DNA from: Stegostoma tigrinum
Lineage: Eukaryota
Direction of reading: 5' to 3'
DNA: 64,000 nucleotides
Assembly (NCBI RefSeq): GCF_030684315.1
Contig: NW_026728516.1
Coordinates: forward strand, 620,001-684,000
In this document: in pieces, positions 50,596-64,000 of the stretch
How the letters are laid out: each line of letters opens with the position of its first letter
Position numbering within the stretch: the stretch's first letter is position 1
Translations under genes and position numbers: made by a program
Notes under the pieces: generated by a model
Database searches by the model: none
What the model was told of the DNA's origin: nothing
The model's input: the letters and a program-made list of their open reading frames with translations, nothing else

Positions 50596-51018
50596 AGTGT
50601 TAAAGGGGGAACACAGACCAGAGAGATGAGAAGCAGCATTATCATCCTGCTTTGGGAAATTAGTTTTCATTTAACTTGTGCTGATCCTCACGAAGAAAGC
50701 ACAGGGATGGAGTGATAACTGTGTACTTTCTGTTCTGGCTACGGAAGGCACAGTACACCAATATTGAAAGTGAGGATGGCAGATTTCCTTCCCTGATTAC
50801 GCAGTTAGGCAGAATCACTAATTCGTCATTTAAAGGAGGCCTACTTTCAATATTGGTGTACTGTGCCTTCCGTAGCCAGAACAGAAAGTACACAGTTATC
50901 ACTCCATCCCTGTGCTTTCTTCGTGAGGATCAGCACAAGTTAAATGAAAACTAATTTCCCAAAGCAGGGTGATAATGCTGCTTCTCATCTCTCTGGTCTG
51001 TGTTCCCCCTTTAACACT
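50596..51018. repeat. Near-perfect inverted repeat: 176-bp arms, 71-bp spacer
   Basis: 50596-50771 is the reverse complement of 50843-51018 with one mismatch. Mirrored ORFs 50660..50902- and 50712..50954+. Confidence 0.97.
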
Positions 51019-52574
51019 GTATCTACGTCTCATTGACCAGTGTCTTCAAACATTCTAACACCTATAACTGCTCCTATTTCTGTCACCACCTCCCCTCTCT
51101 ACAATCCCTCTATACATTTGAAACATACTCCAGTCCTGACCACCACCCCTATCTCTGTAACTTGCTTCAGTCTCTGCAACATGCCTTATCTCAATAGTCT
51201 CTTCTTCCAGGAACTGGAGTCGTAGAGTTGTGCAGCACAGAAACAGAGTCTTTTGCCCAACTCATCCGTGCTGACCTGGTTTCCCGAACTGAACATGTCA
51301 CATTGGCCTGTGTTTGACTTGTATCCTTTCAAACCTTTCCTATCTGTGTACCAGCCCCAATGTCTTTTCACTGTTGTAATTGTACTTACCTCCACCACTT
51401 CCTCTGGCACCTCGTTCCATATTTGCACCATTCTCTGTGGGAAACGTTACCCCTCAGGTCTGTTTTAAAACATTCCCTTCTCACCTCAAACCTACGCTCT
51501 CTACTTTTGGACTCCCCTACCCTGGGCGCAAAGACCTTGTATATTCACCTTATCTATACTGCTCAGGCATTCATAAACCTCCTGAAAGGTCACCCCACAG
51601 ACTCCTATGCTTGAAGGAATTATCTCTGCTCGGAGTCTAACAAATTCATCCCCGATTTCGCGAAAGTCCTCAGATACACTTGGCAAGCTTTTTAAGACCT
51701 CCAGCATCACTCTTCTGAATTGCGAACTCTTTTCAAAGCATCACTCTTTATTTTTATGAATGTGCTAGTCTTTCTCCACAGTAAGTACTGACGTGAAAAA
51801 CTGTTTAATGGCTCACCTACCTCCTGTGGTTGTCCATATCAGTGGCTTCATTCATCTCTATGCATCCCTGTTTTCTTCCTCATCACTTTTTTGCTCTTAA
51901 TATACATGGAGAATCTCTCTGTATTCTCCCTAATTTTATCGGCCAAAGTTATCTTGCATCACATTTTTGCCCTCCGGATTTCCTTTATAAAGTGTATTCC
52001 TATACTCCCATACTCCTCAAGGGATTAATTTGATTCAGCTATATATCCCCTTTTTCTTGACCAGAGCCTCTTTATCACCAGTCGTCCATAGTTTCCTACT
52101 TCGTTCAGCACCGCCCATCACACAAACGAGAACATATCGGCTCTGACCTCTCGCTTTTGAAAGCTTCCAACTTTCCAGATGCCCTTTTACCTGCAAATAG
52201 TCTCCCCAATCAACTTTTGAAATTTCCTGTCAAATACCATCAAAATTGGGATTGCCCGAGTTTATAGCTTTAGCTTGTGCTCCAGGCCAATCATTTCCCA
52301 TAGCTTTTTTCAAACTAATAAAATGGTGGTCACTTGCCAAAGTGCTGCCCCAACATCACCTCAATGTCTTGCCCCTTGTTTCGCACGTGGAGGTCAGCTT
52401 TTGCCTCTTCTTCAGTCGGGCTGTCTACGTATTTGTTGAGAGTTTCCTTTTTAAAACACTTAAAAAAATTCCTCCATCAAATTGCTTAACACTATGACAG
52501 TACCAGTCTAAGTTTCGAAAATTATAATCCTCTATTTTTCTTACAGATATCGACGATCTCAACATATTTGCTCT

Positions 52575-52872
52575 GCTGTGTTTGGTTGGCACTGCAGCCT
52601 CTCAGTAGCAGGGACCCAGGCTCGAATCCAGCCTCGGGCAACTGTTTGTGTGGACTTTGCACATAGTCCCTGTGTATGCGTGCGTTTCCTCTGAGTGCTC
52701 TGGTTTCCTCCCACAGTCCAAAGACGTGCAGGTTGCGTGAATTGGCCATGCTAAACAGTGTTCATGGGTGTGTGGGTTATAGGGGGATGGGTCTGGGTGG
52801 GATGCTGCAAGGGTCAATGTGGACTTGTTGGTCCGAAGGGCCTGTTTCCACACCGTAGAGATTCTATGATTC
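52575..52872 (+). mobile_element. tRNA-derived V-SINE (HE1-like), private to copy 3
   Basis: A/B-box-like head (ggttggcactgcagcctc...ggctcgaatcc), V-domain ggtttcctcccacagtccaaagacgtgcaggtt, and a CR1-like tail gggcctgtttccac...attctatgattc. Confidence 0.9.
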
Positions 52873-54379
52873 GATGATCTCCCAATATATTGGCCCCTAA
52901 ATTTCTCACTGACTGTTGAGGGCCTGGCGTACAATTGTATCGAAGTAATCACCCATTCTGATTTCTCAATTCTGCTAACATCGCTTCACTGGGCAAATCC
53001 CCAGAATATTCTCTATAAACACTGCCACCATGTTTTACCAATTCAAAAATCCCTCTTCCCTCCTATCCTGCCTCCCGCTCTGTCCTTCCTGTTGCGTCTG
53101 TACCCTGGAGCAATGAGCTGCTCCTCCTTTCTTTCCCTCAGCATTGTTTCTGTCACACATTTGATATCCTAGTCCCAAATCCTCATCAGATTATCAGGCC
53201 CATTGCATTGAAATATATGCAGTTTAATTCATCAGTTTTACCTCATTTCCTGCCATGCTGTTGCCTGCCTTGTCTATTTAAATTGCTGTCTTGAACTTCT
53301 GTGCCAGCCTCTTTCTTGCGCAATTGCTGTTTGAGGTCCCATACTCCTGCTAGGCTGGATAAATCCTTTCGGGTACCTCTAACAATTCACCTTGCCCTTC
53401 CCCCAGTTCAGTTGACTTCGCCACCCTGTTTATCTGTGCTGACAACTTCAGTGATCTGTGGACTTGTGTACCAGGGTCCCTTTTGTTTTTCAGTCCTCTT
53501 TGTGTACCTACTGCCCATTATGAATGTCCCTCACGTATCATACCTCCCACAGTGTATCACTTCACACTTATTAGACATAAGTTTCATCTGCCATTACTCT
53601 GCTCAATATCAATATCAGACTGTCGTCTATGAACATCCATCTCTCTATGGACAACGTCCCAACCTTTCGTGTCTTCTGCAAACCTACTGATGATACGTCC
53701 TGCTCTCACAGCCAAGTCATTAATGTACAGAATAAACAGCAATGGACTCTGCACCGATCCCCGTGGTCTGCTGATGTTAAAAGGCTTTCAATCACAAAAA
53801 AATACTATCGAGGAGGTTTGGATCTAGTTTGCCCACTTGCCTCAAATCCCATGGGTTCTTACCTTTTGAACCAGCCTCCGATGTGCGACATTGTCAAAGA
53901 CCTCACTGAGGTTCATTGTAAACCACATCACCTGCACTGTCCTCATCAATATTTTTTAGACACAATGTCAAAGAACTGGAATGAATTCATCAGACAGGAT
54001 CTCTCTTTCCTACATCTATGCTGATTACTCCTGACTGATTTCTTCCTTTGCAAGTATTGATTTGTCCTTTGCCTCGAAAGTTTTTCCAATAAGTTCACTC
54101 CTACTGATGTCAGGCTATCTCTTCTGCAATTATCTGACCAATCTTTGCTGCCATTCTTGAACAAAGGAATCTGATTAACTATCCTCTAGTCATTGAGAAC
54201 TTTACCTGTGACCACCAAGGTATTGAATATACCTGCCAGGCCTCTGCAATCTATTTCCTTGTCTCTGACAGCAGTTTGTGATAAATTTCATTGGTCCCTG
54301 GTAATTTATTCACCAATACGCCTGCAAAAGCATTTAATTCTTGCTCCTTACTGACCTTAACATGTTTGAGACCCTCACC

Positions 54380-54836
54380 ATCCTGTGCCACCCGAAGGCT
54401 GCAGGGACAGCATCTCATTTTGCTTGGGAACCCTGTAGCCCCAGTATCAATGTGGACTTTGAAAGCTTCAAAATCTCCCCACCCCCGACTTCATCCCAAA
54501 ACCAGCCAAGTTCGTCCTGACCGCTTTGACCTGTCAGTATTATCTCCCATCTGTCCACTTCTCCCACCTCACTGACAAAACCCCATCCTAACTCCCTCCC
54601 TACCCTCACTTTTACTGGAGCCATCCCCGCTTCCTTGGCCTCTCTGTCTTTTCTCCATCTATGTGCTCCGTTATCCACTCGCTGTTGTTGCCTCCCCACC
54701 TCTTTCTATGTATTTCAGAGCCCACTTCGCTCTCCCCACCTCTTTCTGAAGAAGTGTCCAGACACAAAGCATCAGCTTTCCTGCTCCTCTGCTGCCTGGC
54801 CTGCTGTGTTCATCCAGTTCTATACATTATTATCTT
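54380..54836 (+). mobile_element. Penelope 3' fragment, private to copy 3
   Basis: Paralog of 23630-24140 (gccacccgaaggctgcagg...cttcaaaatctcccc...ctgctgtgttcatccag). Confidence 0.85.
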
Positions 54837-57800
54837 AGCCCTGGATTCTAGTTGAAAACTTTATAATAGCCCCACTTTCCGAATACAGACTCAACTCCAA
54901 GTAGTTCCTGCCCCAGTCGATATGTGCCAGCTCCTGTCTAATTATGGTGATAATGCCTACTGGTAGTGGTAATCTCATGATAGGTGGCATTCCTCAAATT
55001 TAGACACTTAGCTTCCATACTAAATTATCGCTTTCCATAATGACATTCAAACATGGAGTTAGTATATCTATCCCAAAAAAAATGATAGTGGAGGAAACTT
55101 TATTTGACTTTTCAGATGCATTTTTACTGAAGAAACAAATAAACAAATTTGACCACATGGATTTGAAGTTGATGTGCTGGCATGAGTTGAGAATTGTTTA
55201 ACACAGAAAAAAAACGTGCTTATGAATTGTTGATTTGGGAGTTTGCAGGCTGTGCCTTGTGAGTTTGAGGAAGGATTCATGCTTGGGTTCCAGCTGTTCA
55301 CAATCTCTCCTAATGAATGAGATGCACAGGTCAAATTTAATGTTTCCGTTATGTTGATGGCTTAATCATAGATGGGATTGTGAGCTGCACAGAGAATGCA
55401 ATGGGAGTGATGGGGAACATGAATGGTCTCGGGGTTTAGTCGCATATTCATGCGTGGGATGCGGCCATCACTGCCCTGGCCATCATTTAATTCCCATCTC
55501 TAATTGCCTGGAGAAGGTGGTGGTAGTTCTGAGCAATGTAAACTTTGGTTTCTCTTCACACACGTTGAGAGTTATCAGCAACTTCTGTTTATTTGTGACC
55601 TGCTTTGATTGACCCACTGCAATCCGTTGGGTGCAGGGAGAGCCACATGGCTGTTAGGAAGGAGTGTGACTTGGAGGGGACCTTGCAAACGCTGCTGTTG
55701 TCATACACCAGCTGTTATTTTCCTTCCAGGTTGTTTGTGGATGCTTTGGATTGTGAAATGCTGCTGCTGCTGATCCTTGTAGATTGTGGACACTGCAGTC
55801 ATGGTGTGTTACAAGTGAAGTGAGTAAATATCATTCCAAACATGAGGCTGCTTTGTGCTCGATAGTGTCAAGCTTATTGAGTGCCGTTGGAGCTACATTC
55901 ATCCAGGCAGGGGGAGAGTATTACATGACAGTGCTGACCTGTGCACTGTATATAGGCAGCATGTATTCTGTGGAATGCTGTTTTGAAAACTCATTTTCAT
56001 TGCAAAATGTCACTTCTGTGTTTGGCAAGATTATTTTATCCCTTGAATGATGAATGGCCAATTCTGTACATGGAACTGTCCTTTATTGTCTTGTGAATTG
56101 CAAGTGGCCAGTTCTCTGCATGTTCAGTGGTGATTGTTTTCATTCTGTGGACTGTCAGTTGTTCATTTGTGTAATGATTTTTAAACAAAAGAATGTTGAG
56201 AGAGCAAAGAGTCAGTTTCCTGAGTTGAACGAGTCGATTTTTAAAATGCTCTTGGACTGTGATTGTCAGCTATTGTGTGCAGATTGCAAATGGTCAGTCC
56301 ATATGTGGGGAATTGTTCTCAACCTGTGAGCTGCTGTTTCAGTCCTGTGTTGCAAATTGATTTTGTGTGTGTCCCCATGTGAAATACCTGCACCAAGGCT
56401 GCTATCCTGTCACCAAGTCACCCTTTATTTACTCCTGCAAAGGACACTGCCAATGGCCAGCCAGCTCTGAGTCATTCCGCTGAACTGAGCAGATTATAAA
56501 TCCACTGTTTTCTTTGTCCTTTCTTCTTGATTTAGCGTCTTTTCTTTGTTTATTTTCCCCTAATCTTGCACTGGTGGGGAGCGGGTTTTCTCCTACAAAT
56601 TGTGTTTGGTAAATTGTGTCTCTGGTTTGGATTTAACTCCTGGATTTTGAATGGTTGGGTGGATCAGTTGAGCTGGTTCCCAACCTGTGGTCTGAAAATG
56701 GTCAATTCAGTGTGGGGAGCTTCTATTTGTCTTGTGATCTGTGGGCAGGTAGTTTTGTTTGTGGAGATAATTAATGCTACAGATACTGAATGGTCAGTTC
56801 TGTGTGGAGAGGTTGTTTTTATTCAATGGACTGTGGTCATTTCTGTCTGAAGGCTGCACTTGACCTTGTGGACTCTGGTCAGTTGTGTGTGCAGAGCTGG
56901 CTTTAATTTCTCTTGGGAGCTGAGTTTATTCTTTGGTTTTTAAAAGGTTCGGCATGTCTGCACGTGTGTGTCTCTGTAATTTCTGAAGAACGTTGTTCTC
57001 CTCGCAGATGCTGCCAGACCTACTTAGTTTCTTCCCCAAGTTCTGTTTGTTTCAGATCTTCAGATTTTGCAATGCTTTGTTTAATTTTAGAGCTTTCATT
57101 TAGCCTGTTGGGGCATAGGACAATGAATGACACAGATAAGGAACAGGTCCCTTGTCCCACCATGTCTGCGATGACTGTGATGCCATTCTAAACTAATGCC
57201 ACTTGTCTACACATGATCCATATTCTTCCGTTCCCTGCCTGTTGATGTATCTGTCTGAATCCCTCTTAAACATTGCTATCATCTCTGCTTCCTCTGCTCC
57301 CCTGGCAATATGTTCCTGTGTGCAAACTCACACATGTGACTTAAATTTTCCCTCCTCCAATTTAAATGAATGATTCCTTGCAAATGGCATTTCCACCTGA
57401 GGGAAGAAAATCTGATTATTCACTCTATCCGTGCCTCTCAGTTTTATATATTTCAACAGGTTGCCGCCACCACACCCCCCGTCACCACCGCCCCCACCCC
57501 CCCACCGCCGTCACCAGCCAAGAAGGCACGAGCAGAAACCATCCAACTCTGCTCACCCTGTTCCTATAGATAATACACTCTCACTCATGTAACGTCCTCG
57601 TTCACCTCTTTTTCCCTCCTCTTTAAAGCCTCCCCATCCCTCCTGTACTGTATATAGGTAATTCTGTGTGGACTGCTGGTTCAAATGTTGTGAATTTCAA
57701 ATTATCAATGATCTGTGGGGAGTTTTATTTATCCTGTGGACTTCACATGGCCAATTATCTATGATCTAATGAAATGTAAAGAGTCAATCTTGTGTGGAGA

Positions 57801-58589
57801 GGAGGTTTTTATCCTGTGGAGTTTTGAGTAATGATATCACACACAACGGACATAAATGTGGAGATGATCTTTATTGTGATTATTTGTGTGTGTGGCCTTT
57901 TGTGAGCTCGGTGAATGTTCAGTTCTGTTTGTGTGTTGGCATGTGTTCCTCAAACAACAAAACCCACCCTTATCACTGTGTATTTATTCAGTCCCTACAG
58001 CAATCCTCATGTCTGTAACTGCCCAGAAGCACTAACATTCTCCTGTTCTGACATCTCCTCACAATATCAAACCTGTTTCATCACCTTCTGCCCTGTTGGT
58101 CTCTGGTACACCTCATATCCCTTTCTCACTTTCCATCTCTGAAGCCTGTTTTGGATCACGCAATGTGCTCTGTAGTTATAATGGTCTCCATATTCTGTAA
58201 CACTCCATATCTCTTCAACCATCTCAAATGTTGGGTCGGCTACAGTCTCAAAAAAATACCACTGGGCTGTTAATCCAGAGACACAGATAAATGTTCTGGG
58301 GGCCTGGGTTTGACTCCCACTGTGTGAGATCATGGAGTTAGAACTGCATAAAAATATTCCGAAATGAAGTGTTCATTGTTGATCGTCTTTTTTTTAAAAT
58401 CTTAACTCATTCATGACTGCCCTTTAGGGAAGGACATCTGAACAGATCTGGCCGACATATGACTCCAGACCCACAATAAAATGGCTGACTCTTAACTATC
58501 CCTGAGCAGTTGCCCAATGTAATCAACAATAGGCACTGAACACTGGCCCATCCAATGACGCCATCATCCCATGAATGAAGAAACGAAAG

Positions 58590-61500
58590 GGTATATTTTC
58601 CTTCCAACCCTCTGCAAACATTGCAGCAATTCATTCTGGCTTTGGAACATTGTTCAGGTCCTTGCCACTCACTGTAACACTCTCACCACCTCCCAGCATC
58701 TTCATCTCTCCCTGTTCCTATCATCTTGTGGAACCCCAGCAATGTTTCCTCTTCCTACTACATTCCTCCTGCGAGGGGACCCCTTGCAACCCCTTTTTCA
58801 CCTACTTCTATATTTTGGTAGTTCATTGTCATTTTCTGAAACACACTCTTTCCCTTTAGATTTGTTAAGTATTTTTTGGTTGTCTTATAAGACTTTCTGA
58901 ATTGAATCTGATACTTTATGCCCTGAGTGAGATGCACGTAGGACTTCCCAGCTGAGTTTTTGTCTGTTTCAATGGAAAGCCCTTTTTTGAATGTTTTCCA
59001 GTGTTCCTTCAAATGTTTTCCACTGTTCATTTGCAGCCATACATTTCAATCTCTTTACCCTGTTTCCCCTGGTCAGTTCCCCCGTCAAACCCATGTGATC
59101 GACCTTGTTTCTGTTTCTGATTGATGTCTGTTATTTGTGTGATCACTTTAAAACTTCATAATGCCTTTGAATTCCACTTTTTCCAAGTTCCCGGAGGATT
59201 TCTCGGAGTGACATTACGAATGCACTCAGCTTTATGACACAACGGTCGATCTGGGACAATTACATCCCCAGCCAGTTGCACAACGTGTTATTCAAAGAAA
59301 CACTGACAAAAACAATCCCCGAGATCCTCTTCGAATGTCGCTGTCTTATTGCGTATACTTTGTCCATGCCAAAACGGAACAGTATCATGTACCTTTTACC
59401 AAAATTTCCTGCCACAAACCAGTTCACTCAAGAATAGTTTTAGTGAAACTCTGTTGCTTCCTGTCCCTTTCTGCTTGTCTTCAACCACATTGACATGCTG
59501 TTCCAATACTTCACATTTTGGGTTCGGATTTAGAAATCTCCTTTCACCTGAACCTTGTCCCAACATCCTCTCTGTCAGTTTCCAGGCCTGTCCATAAATG
59601 TCCCACCATGATTGGCCAGGATACTGGTCCCAGCACAGTTCCAGTTATTATTTATTCACTCATGAGATGTGGGTGTCTCTGGCTGGCTGGCATTTATTGC
59701 TCACCCCTGGCTGCCCTTGAACTGAATGGCTTGCCATTCCATTTCAGAGGATAATTGTGAGTCAACCACGTTCCTGTGGGTCTGAAGTCACATGTAGGCC
59801 TGACAAGGTAATGATGGCAAATTTCATTCCCTAATTACTGAGTCAGATTTGATCATGACTCTGCCATGGGAAGCCTACTTTAAGCTTTGTTGTACTATAA
59901 CTTCCAAAGACAGCAGAGGGAATTCACAGTTATCATTCCAGGCCTGTGCTGCCTTTGTGAGGATCAGCGCAACTGAAGTGAAAGCAAATCTTTCACAACA
60001 GAGGGAAATGCTGCTCTGATCTTTGTTTTGTGATTTCCCCCTCGATGACAGTATCTGTGTCATGACTCGTGGACTGGTGTCTTCAACCATTCTAACTCCT
60101 CTAACTGCTCCTTTTTCTGTCACCACCTCCCCTCTCTACAATCCCTCCATATATTTGAAATATACTCCAATCCTGACCACTATCCCTATCTCTGTAATTT
60201 GCTTCAGTCTCCGCAACTTGCCTTATCTCAGTAGTATCCTCCTCCAGTAACTGGAGCCATAGAGTTGTGCAGCACAGAAACTGACCCCTAGACCCAACTC
60301 ATCCATATGGCTCAGGTTTCCTGAATTGAACAAGTCACATTTGCCTGAATTTGGCACATTCGTTTCAAAACGTTCCTGTCTGTGTATCTGCCCCAATAAC
60401 TTTTCATTGTTGTAGCTTCGTCTGGCAGCTCGTTCCATGTATGCACCATTCTCCGCGTGGTTAATGTTACCTCTCAGGTCTCCTTTAAACATTTTCCCTC
60501 TCACCTCAAACCTCCTCCCTCTAGTTTTGGATTCCCCTCCCCTGGGGGGAGGGGGGGTAGGGGACAGATGTTGGCTGTTCATCTTAACTATGCTGCTCAG
60601 GCATTCATATACCTCTAAAAGTTCACCTCTCAGTCTCCTGCCCTTGAGTCAAACGTCTGTGCTTGGGTGTGACAAATTCATCCCTGATTTCCAAAAGTAC
60701 TCTGAAATACTTGATTAAGCTTTTTAAGACCTTCACCACCTGTCTCTTGTAGTCGAGACTCTTTGCAAGACATCACTCTTTATTTCCCTGAATTTCCTGG
60801 TCTTTCTCCACAGTCAGTACTGACATGAAATACTGTTTCGTATTTCACCCACCTGCTGTGGTTCTCCATACCGATATCCTCGTTCATGTGTCTGCAGCCC
60901 TATTTCCTCCCTTATCACTCTTTTGCCCTTGATATACCTATGGAATCTCTTTGTAATTTCCTTAACTTGGACCAATAATGTTATCTCGCATCCCTTTTTG
61001 TCCTCTGGAATTCCTTCATAAACTTTATTTCTACATTCCCATAGTCCTCGAAGGATTCATCAATCCAGCTCTTTATCACCTCTTTCTTAACCTGAGCGCC
61101 TCTGTCACCAGTCATCCAGAGTTTCCTCCTTCTGTCAGCATTGTCCTTCGCACTAACAGGAACATGCCGGCTCTGACCTCTCTCTTTTGAAAGCTTCCAA
61201 CTTGCCAGATGCCCCTTTACCTGTAAATAGCCTCCCCTACAATCTTTTGAAAATTCCTGTCAAATACCATCAAAATTGTTCTTGCCCCACTTTATAACTT
61301 TAGCTTGTGGACCAGGCCATTCTTTTTCCATAGCTATTTTCAGAGTAATAAAATTATGAGTCACGTTCCCAAAGTGCTGCCCCAATGACACCTCAGTCCC
61401 TTGCCCGACTTGGTTTCGCACGTGGAGGTCAGGATTTGCCCCTTCTCCAGTCAGGTCATCTTCATATTGTTTGAGAGAGTTTTTCTAAATATACTTAACA

Positions 61501-64000
61501 AATTCTTCCAATCAAAGCGCTTAACACTGTGGCAGTACCAGCCTAAGCTTGGTAAAATAGAAACCCTGATGATTACATACCTATTATTATTACAGATATC
61601 TAAGATCTCCCAACATATGTGCTCCTCAATCACCCACCGACTTTGGGGGACCTGCTGTACAATTGTATCAAAGCGATCACGCATTCTCTTTCTTTCAGTT
61701 CCACTAAAATCGCCTCACTGGGCGAACGCCAGGAATATTCTCTATAAATGCTGCTGTCATGCTGTCTCATTCAAAAATAGCTCTTCACTCCCATCTTGCC
61801 TCCAGCTACTATACTTCCTGTAGTGCCTGTACCCTGGATCATTGATCTGCTCATCCTTTCTCTCCATCAGCTGTGTTTCTGTATTACCTTTTGATATCCC
61901 AGACGCTGTTCCCACCTGTGCCCTGAATTTATCTGTCCTACCTGTACGGTCCATTGCATTGAAATACATGCAGTTTAATTCCTCAGTTTTACCTCATTTT
62001 CTGCCCTGGTCTTGCCTGCCTTGTCTGGTTAAATTGCTACCTTGAACTTCTGTGCCAGCCTCTTCTTGCCTCACTACGGTTTCGGGCCCGACACCCCTTC
62101 TAGGCTGCATAAAATCTTTTGGGTACCTCTGACGATTCACGTTGCCCTTCCCCCAGTTCACTTGACTTCACCACCCTGTCTGTCTGTGTTGACACCTTCA
62201 GTGATCTATGGACGTGTGTACCAAGGCCCTCTTGTTTTTCAGTTCTCAGCCTGTACCTACAGTTCAATACGTCTTTCACTTACTATACCTCCGAAAGCAT
62301 ATTACTTCACACTTATTAGAAATAAGTGCCATCTGCCATTACTCTGCCAAGTTCATCAGCTGATCAATATCAGACTGTAGTCTGAGATGATCCACCTCAC
62401 TATGGACAACACCCCTAACTTTCGTATCATCTACAAACCTACGATGAAATCTTGTGGTTTCACAACCAAGTCAGTAACGTACATAATAAACATCAATGGA
62501 CGCTTTACAGATCCATGTGGCTTGCTGATAGTCAAAGACTTTAATCACAAAAATAAAACTCCACCAGTTTGGATCTCTTTTGTCAACTTGCCTCAAACTC
62601 CATGGGTTTTTACCTTTTGAACCGGCCTTCCATGCCGGATGTTGTCACAGGCCTTCCTGCGGGTCTTTGCAAACCACTTCATCTGCACTGCCCTCATCAA
62701 TATTTGTTGGCACAATTTCAAAGAACTTGACTGAATTCATCAGACATGATCTCTCTTTACCAAAACCGTGCTGACTACCCCTAATCGATTCCTTCCTTTG
62801 CAAGTTTTCGTTCAACCTTTCCCTCAGATTTTTTTTTCCAATAAGTTCCCTCCCACGGATATCAGATTGTCTGCTTTCCAATTACCTGGCCATTCTCTGA
62901 TGCCCTTCTTGAGGAAAGGAAACACATTAACTGTCCTCCAGACATTCAGCACATCACCTGTGGCCACCAAGACATTAAATGTAACTGCCAGGCCTTGTCA
63001 ATCTCCTTCCTTGCCTCTTATAGCAGCCTGGGATACATTTCATTGGGCACTAGTGATTTATCCACCATTACCCTTACAAAAGCATTTAATTCTTGCTTCT
63101 TATTGATCGTAACATGTTCGAGGACCTCACCATCCTAACTGAAGTCCCTGACTACAATGTATTTCTCCTTTGTGAACACAGGTGAGAAGCATAAATTTCA
63201 GACCTCACCTACTTCCTCTTGCTCTATGCAAAATATGCCCCTTCGCTTTCTAACAGTCTTCACTCTCCATGGTAATCCTCTTCCTCTAACTAAATTTATA
63301 AAATACCTTGTGGCTTTTCCCTTAACAGTACCTGCCAAAGGTAATTCTAGGCCATTGTTTGCCCTTCATTTTTAACGACCACCTTTTGCAAACTCTATAC
63401 TTTTGAAGGCCTGTACCTATTTTCATTGTGCAGTGTTTTATTTACCAAACTCATATCAATTCATCAGCATTCACTGAAATTCTACCTTTTTCATTCTCTC
63501 TTTGCGGAACACAATGGCCCTGGATTCTGATTGTACCACTTTATAATGGTCCCACTTTCCAATTATAGACTCGATTGCAAGTAATTCTTCCTCCAGTCTA
63601 TATGTGCCAGATCCTGTCTCATGATAGTGATAATGCTGAGTGATAGAAGTGATCTTCTGATAATTGTCTTTCAGCAAATTTAGACACTTAACTTCCGTGC
63701 TATCCTTATCGCTTTCCATAACAACATTCATATTTCGAGTCACTATCTCTCTACCCCCACCAAAAAAATTGGAGGTAGGAGGAAACTTTATTTGACTTTT
63801 CAGTTGCATTTTAACAGGGTCCCACTGAAGAAGCGAATAAACAACTCGGGACCACGTGGACTTGGAGGTGATGTGCTGGCATGCGTTTGAGAATTGTTCA
63901 ACATACAGAAAAGCCCATGCTAATAAATAGTTGGTTTGTCAGCTCACAGGCTGTGCATTTTTATTAGACGAAGGATTCATGTTTGGGCTCCAGTTATTTA
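58590..64000 (+). repeat. Composite macro-repeat copy 4 (runs off the window end)
   Basis: Markers at ~59268, 59661 and 63970. ORF remnants 59234+, 60023+ and 62042+ are paralogous to copies 1 and 3. Confidence 0.9.
60250..63750 (-). mobile_element. Mosaic of old minus-strand CR1 fragments inside the macro-repeat unit (paralogs ~26765-30500 and ~51215-55060)
   Basis: Remnants GESKTRGRRFEVRGKMFKGDLRGN, ICWEILDICNNNR..I and SQHGFGKERSCLMNSVKFFE. Confidence 0.8.

Larger units (their letters stand above)
47290..58580 (+). repeat. Composite macro-repeat copy 3
   Basis: Markers at ~50066, 50456, 55270 and 57620. ORF remnants are paralogous to copy 1 (25754+/49921+, 26560+/51040+, 30633-/55068-, 31471+/56054+, 32040+/56913+). 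Confidence 0.9.

Noticed and set aside
50660-50954. Pair of 80-aa genes on opposite strands
   Set aside because: A mirror consequence of the palindrome; the frame is not conserved in paralogous copies.
52580-52640. tRNA gene
   Set aside because: It is the tRNA-derived head of a V-SINE; I see no cloverleaf.

Overview
Eukaryotic, repeat-dense DNA. I found no host protein-coding gene, rRNA/tRNA gene or CRISPR array that the sequence supports. The repeat complement (CR1 LINEs, GIY-YIG Penelope-like elements, a V-SINE/HE1-type SINE and an L2-derived 36-37 bp satellite) points to a cartilaginous fish, probably a shark; this is inference. Layout: (i) 1-13.7 kb holds a decayed minus-strand endogenous retrovirus (gag?-RT-RNaseH-IN-env) with an env that does not look gamma-type, plus a multi-kb inverted duplication carrying env, CR1 and pol pieces. 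(ii) 16.9-20.3 kb is a degenerate ~32-bp minisatellite broken by an LTR-like insert and tiny hammerhead-bearing Penelope tails. (iii) 20.3-24.9 kb holds two Penelope elements and a young CR1. (iv) 24-64 kb holds four diverged copies of a ~9-10 kb composite macro-repeat built from TE debris. The copies carry private events: a solo LTR, a young CR1, a V-SINE, a near-perfect 176-bp hairpin and a 1.2-kb tandem duplication. There is one 440-N assembly gap. All alignments and translations outside the supplied ORF track were done by eye, so boundaries of old fragments are approximate.
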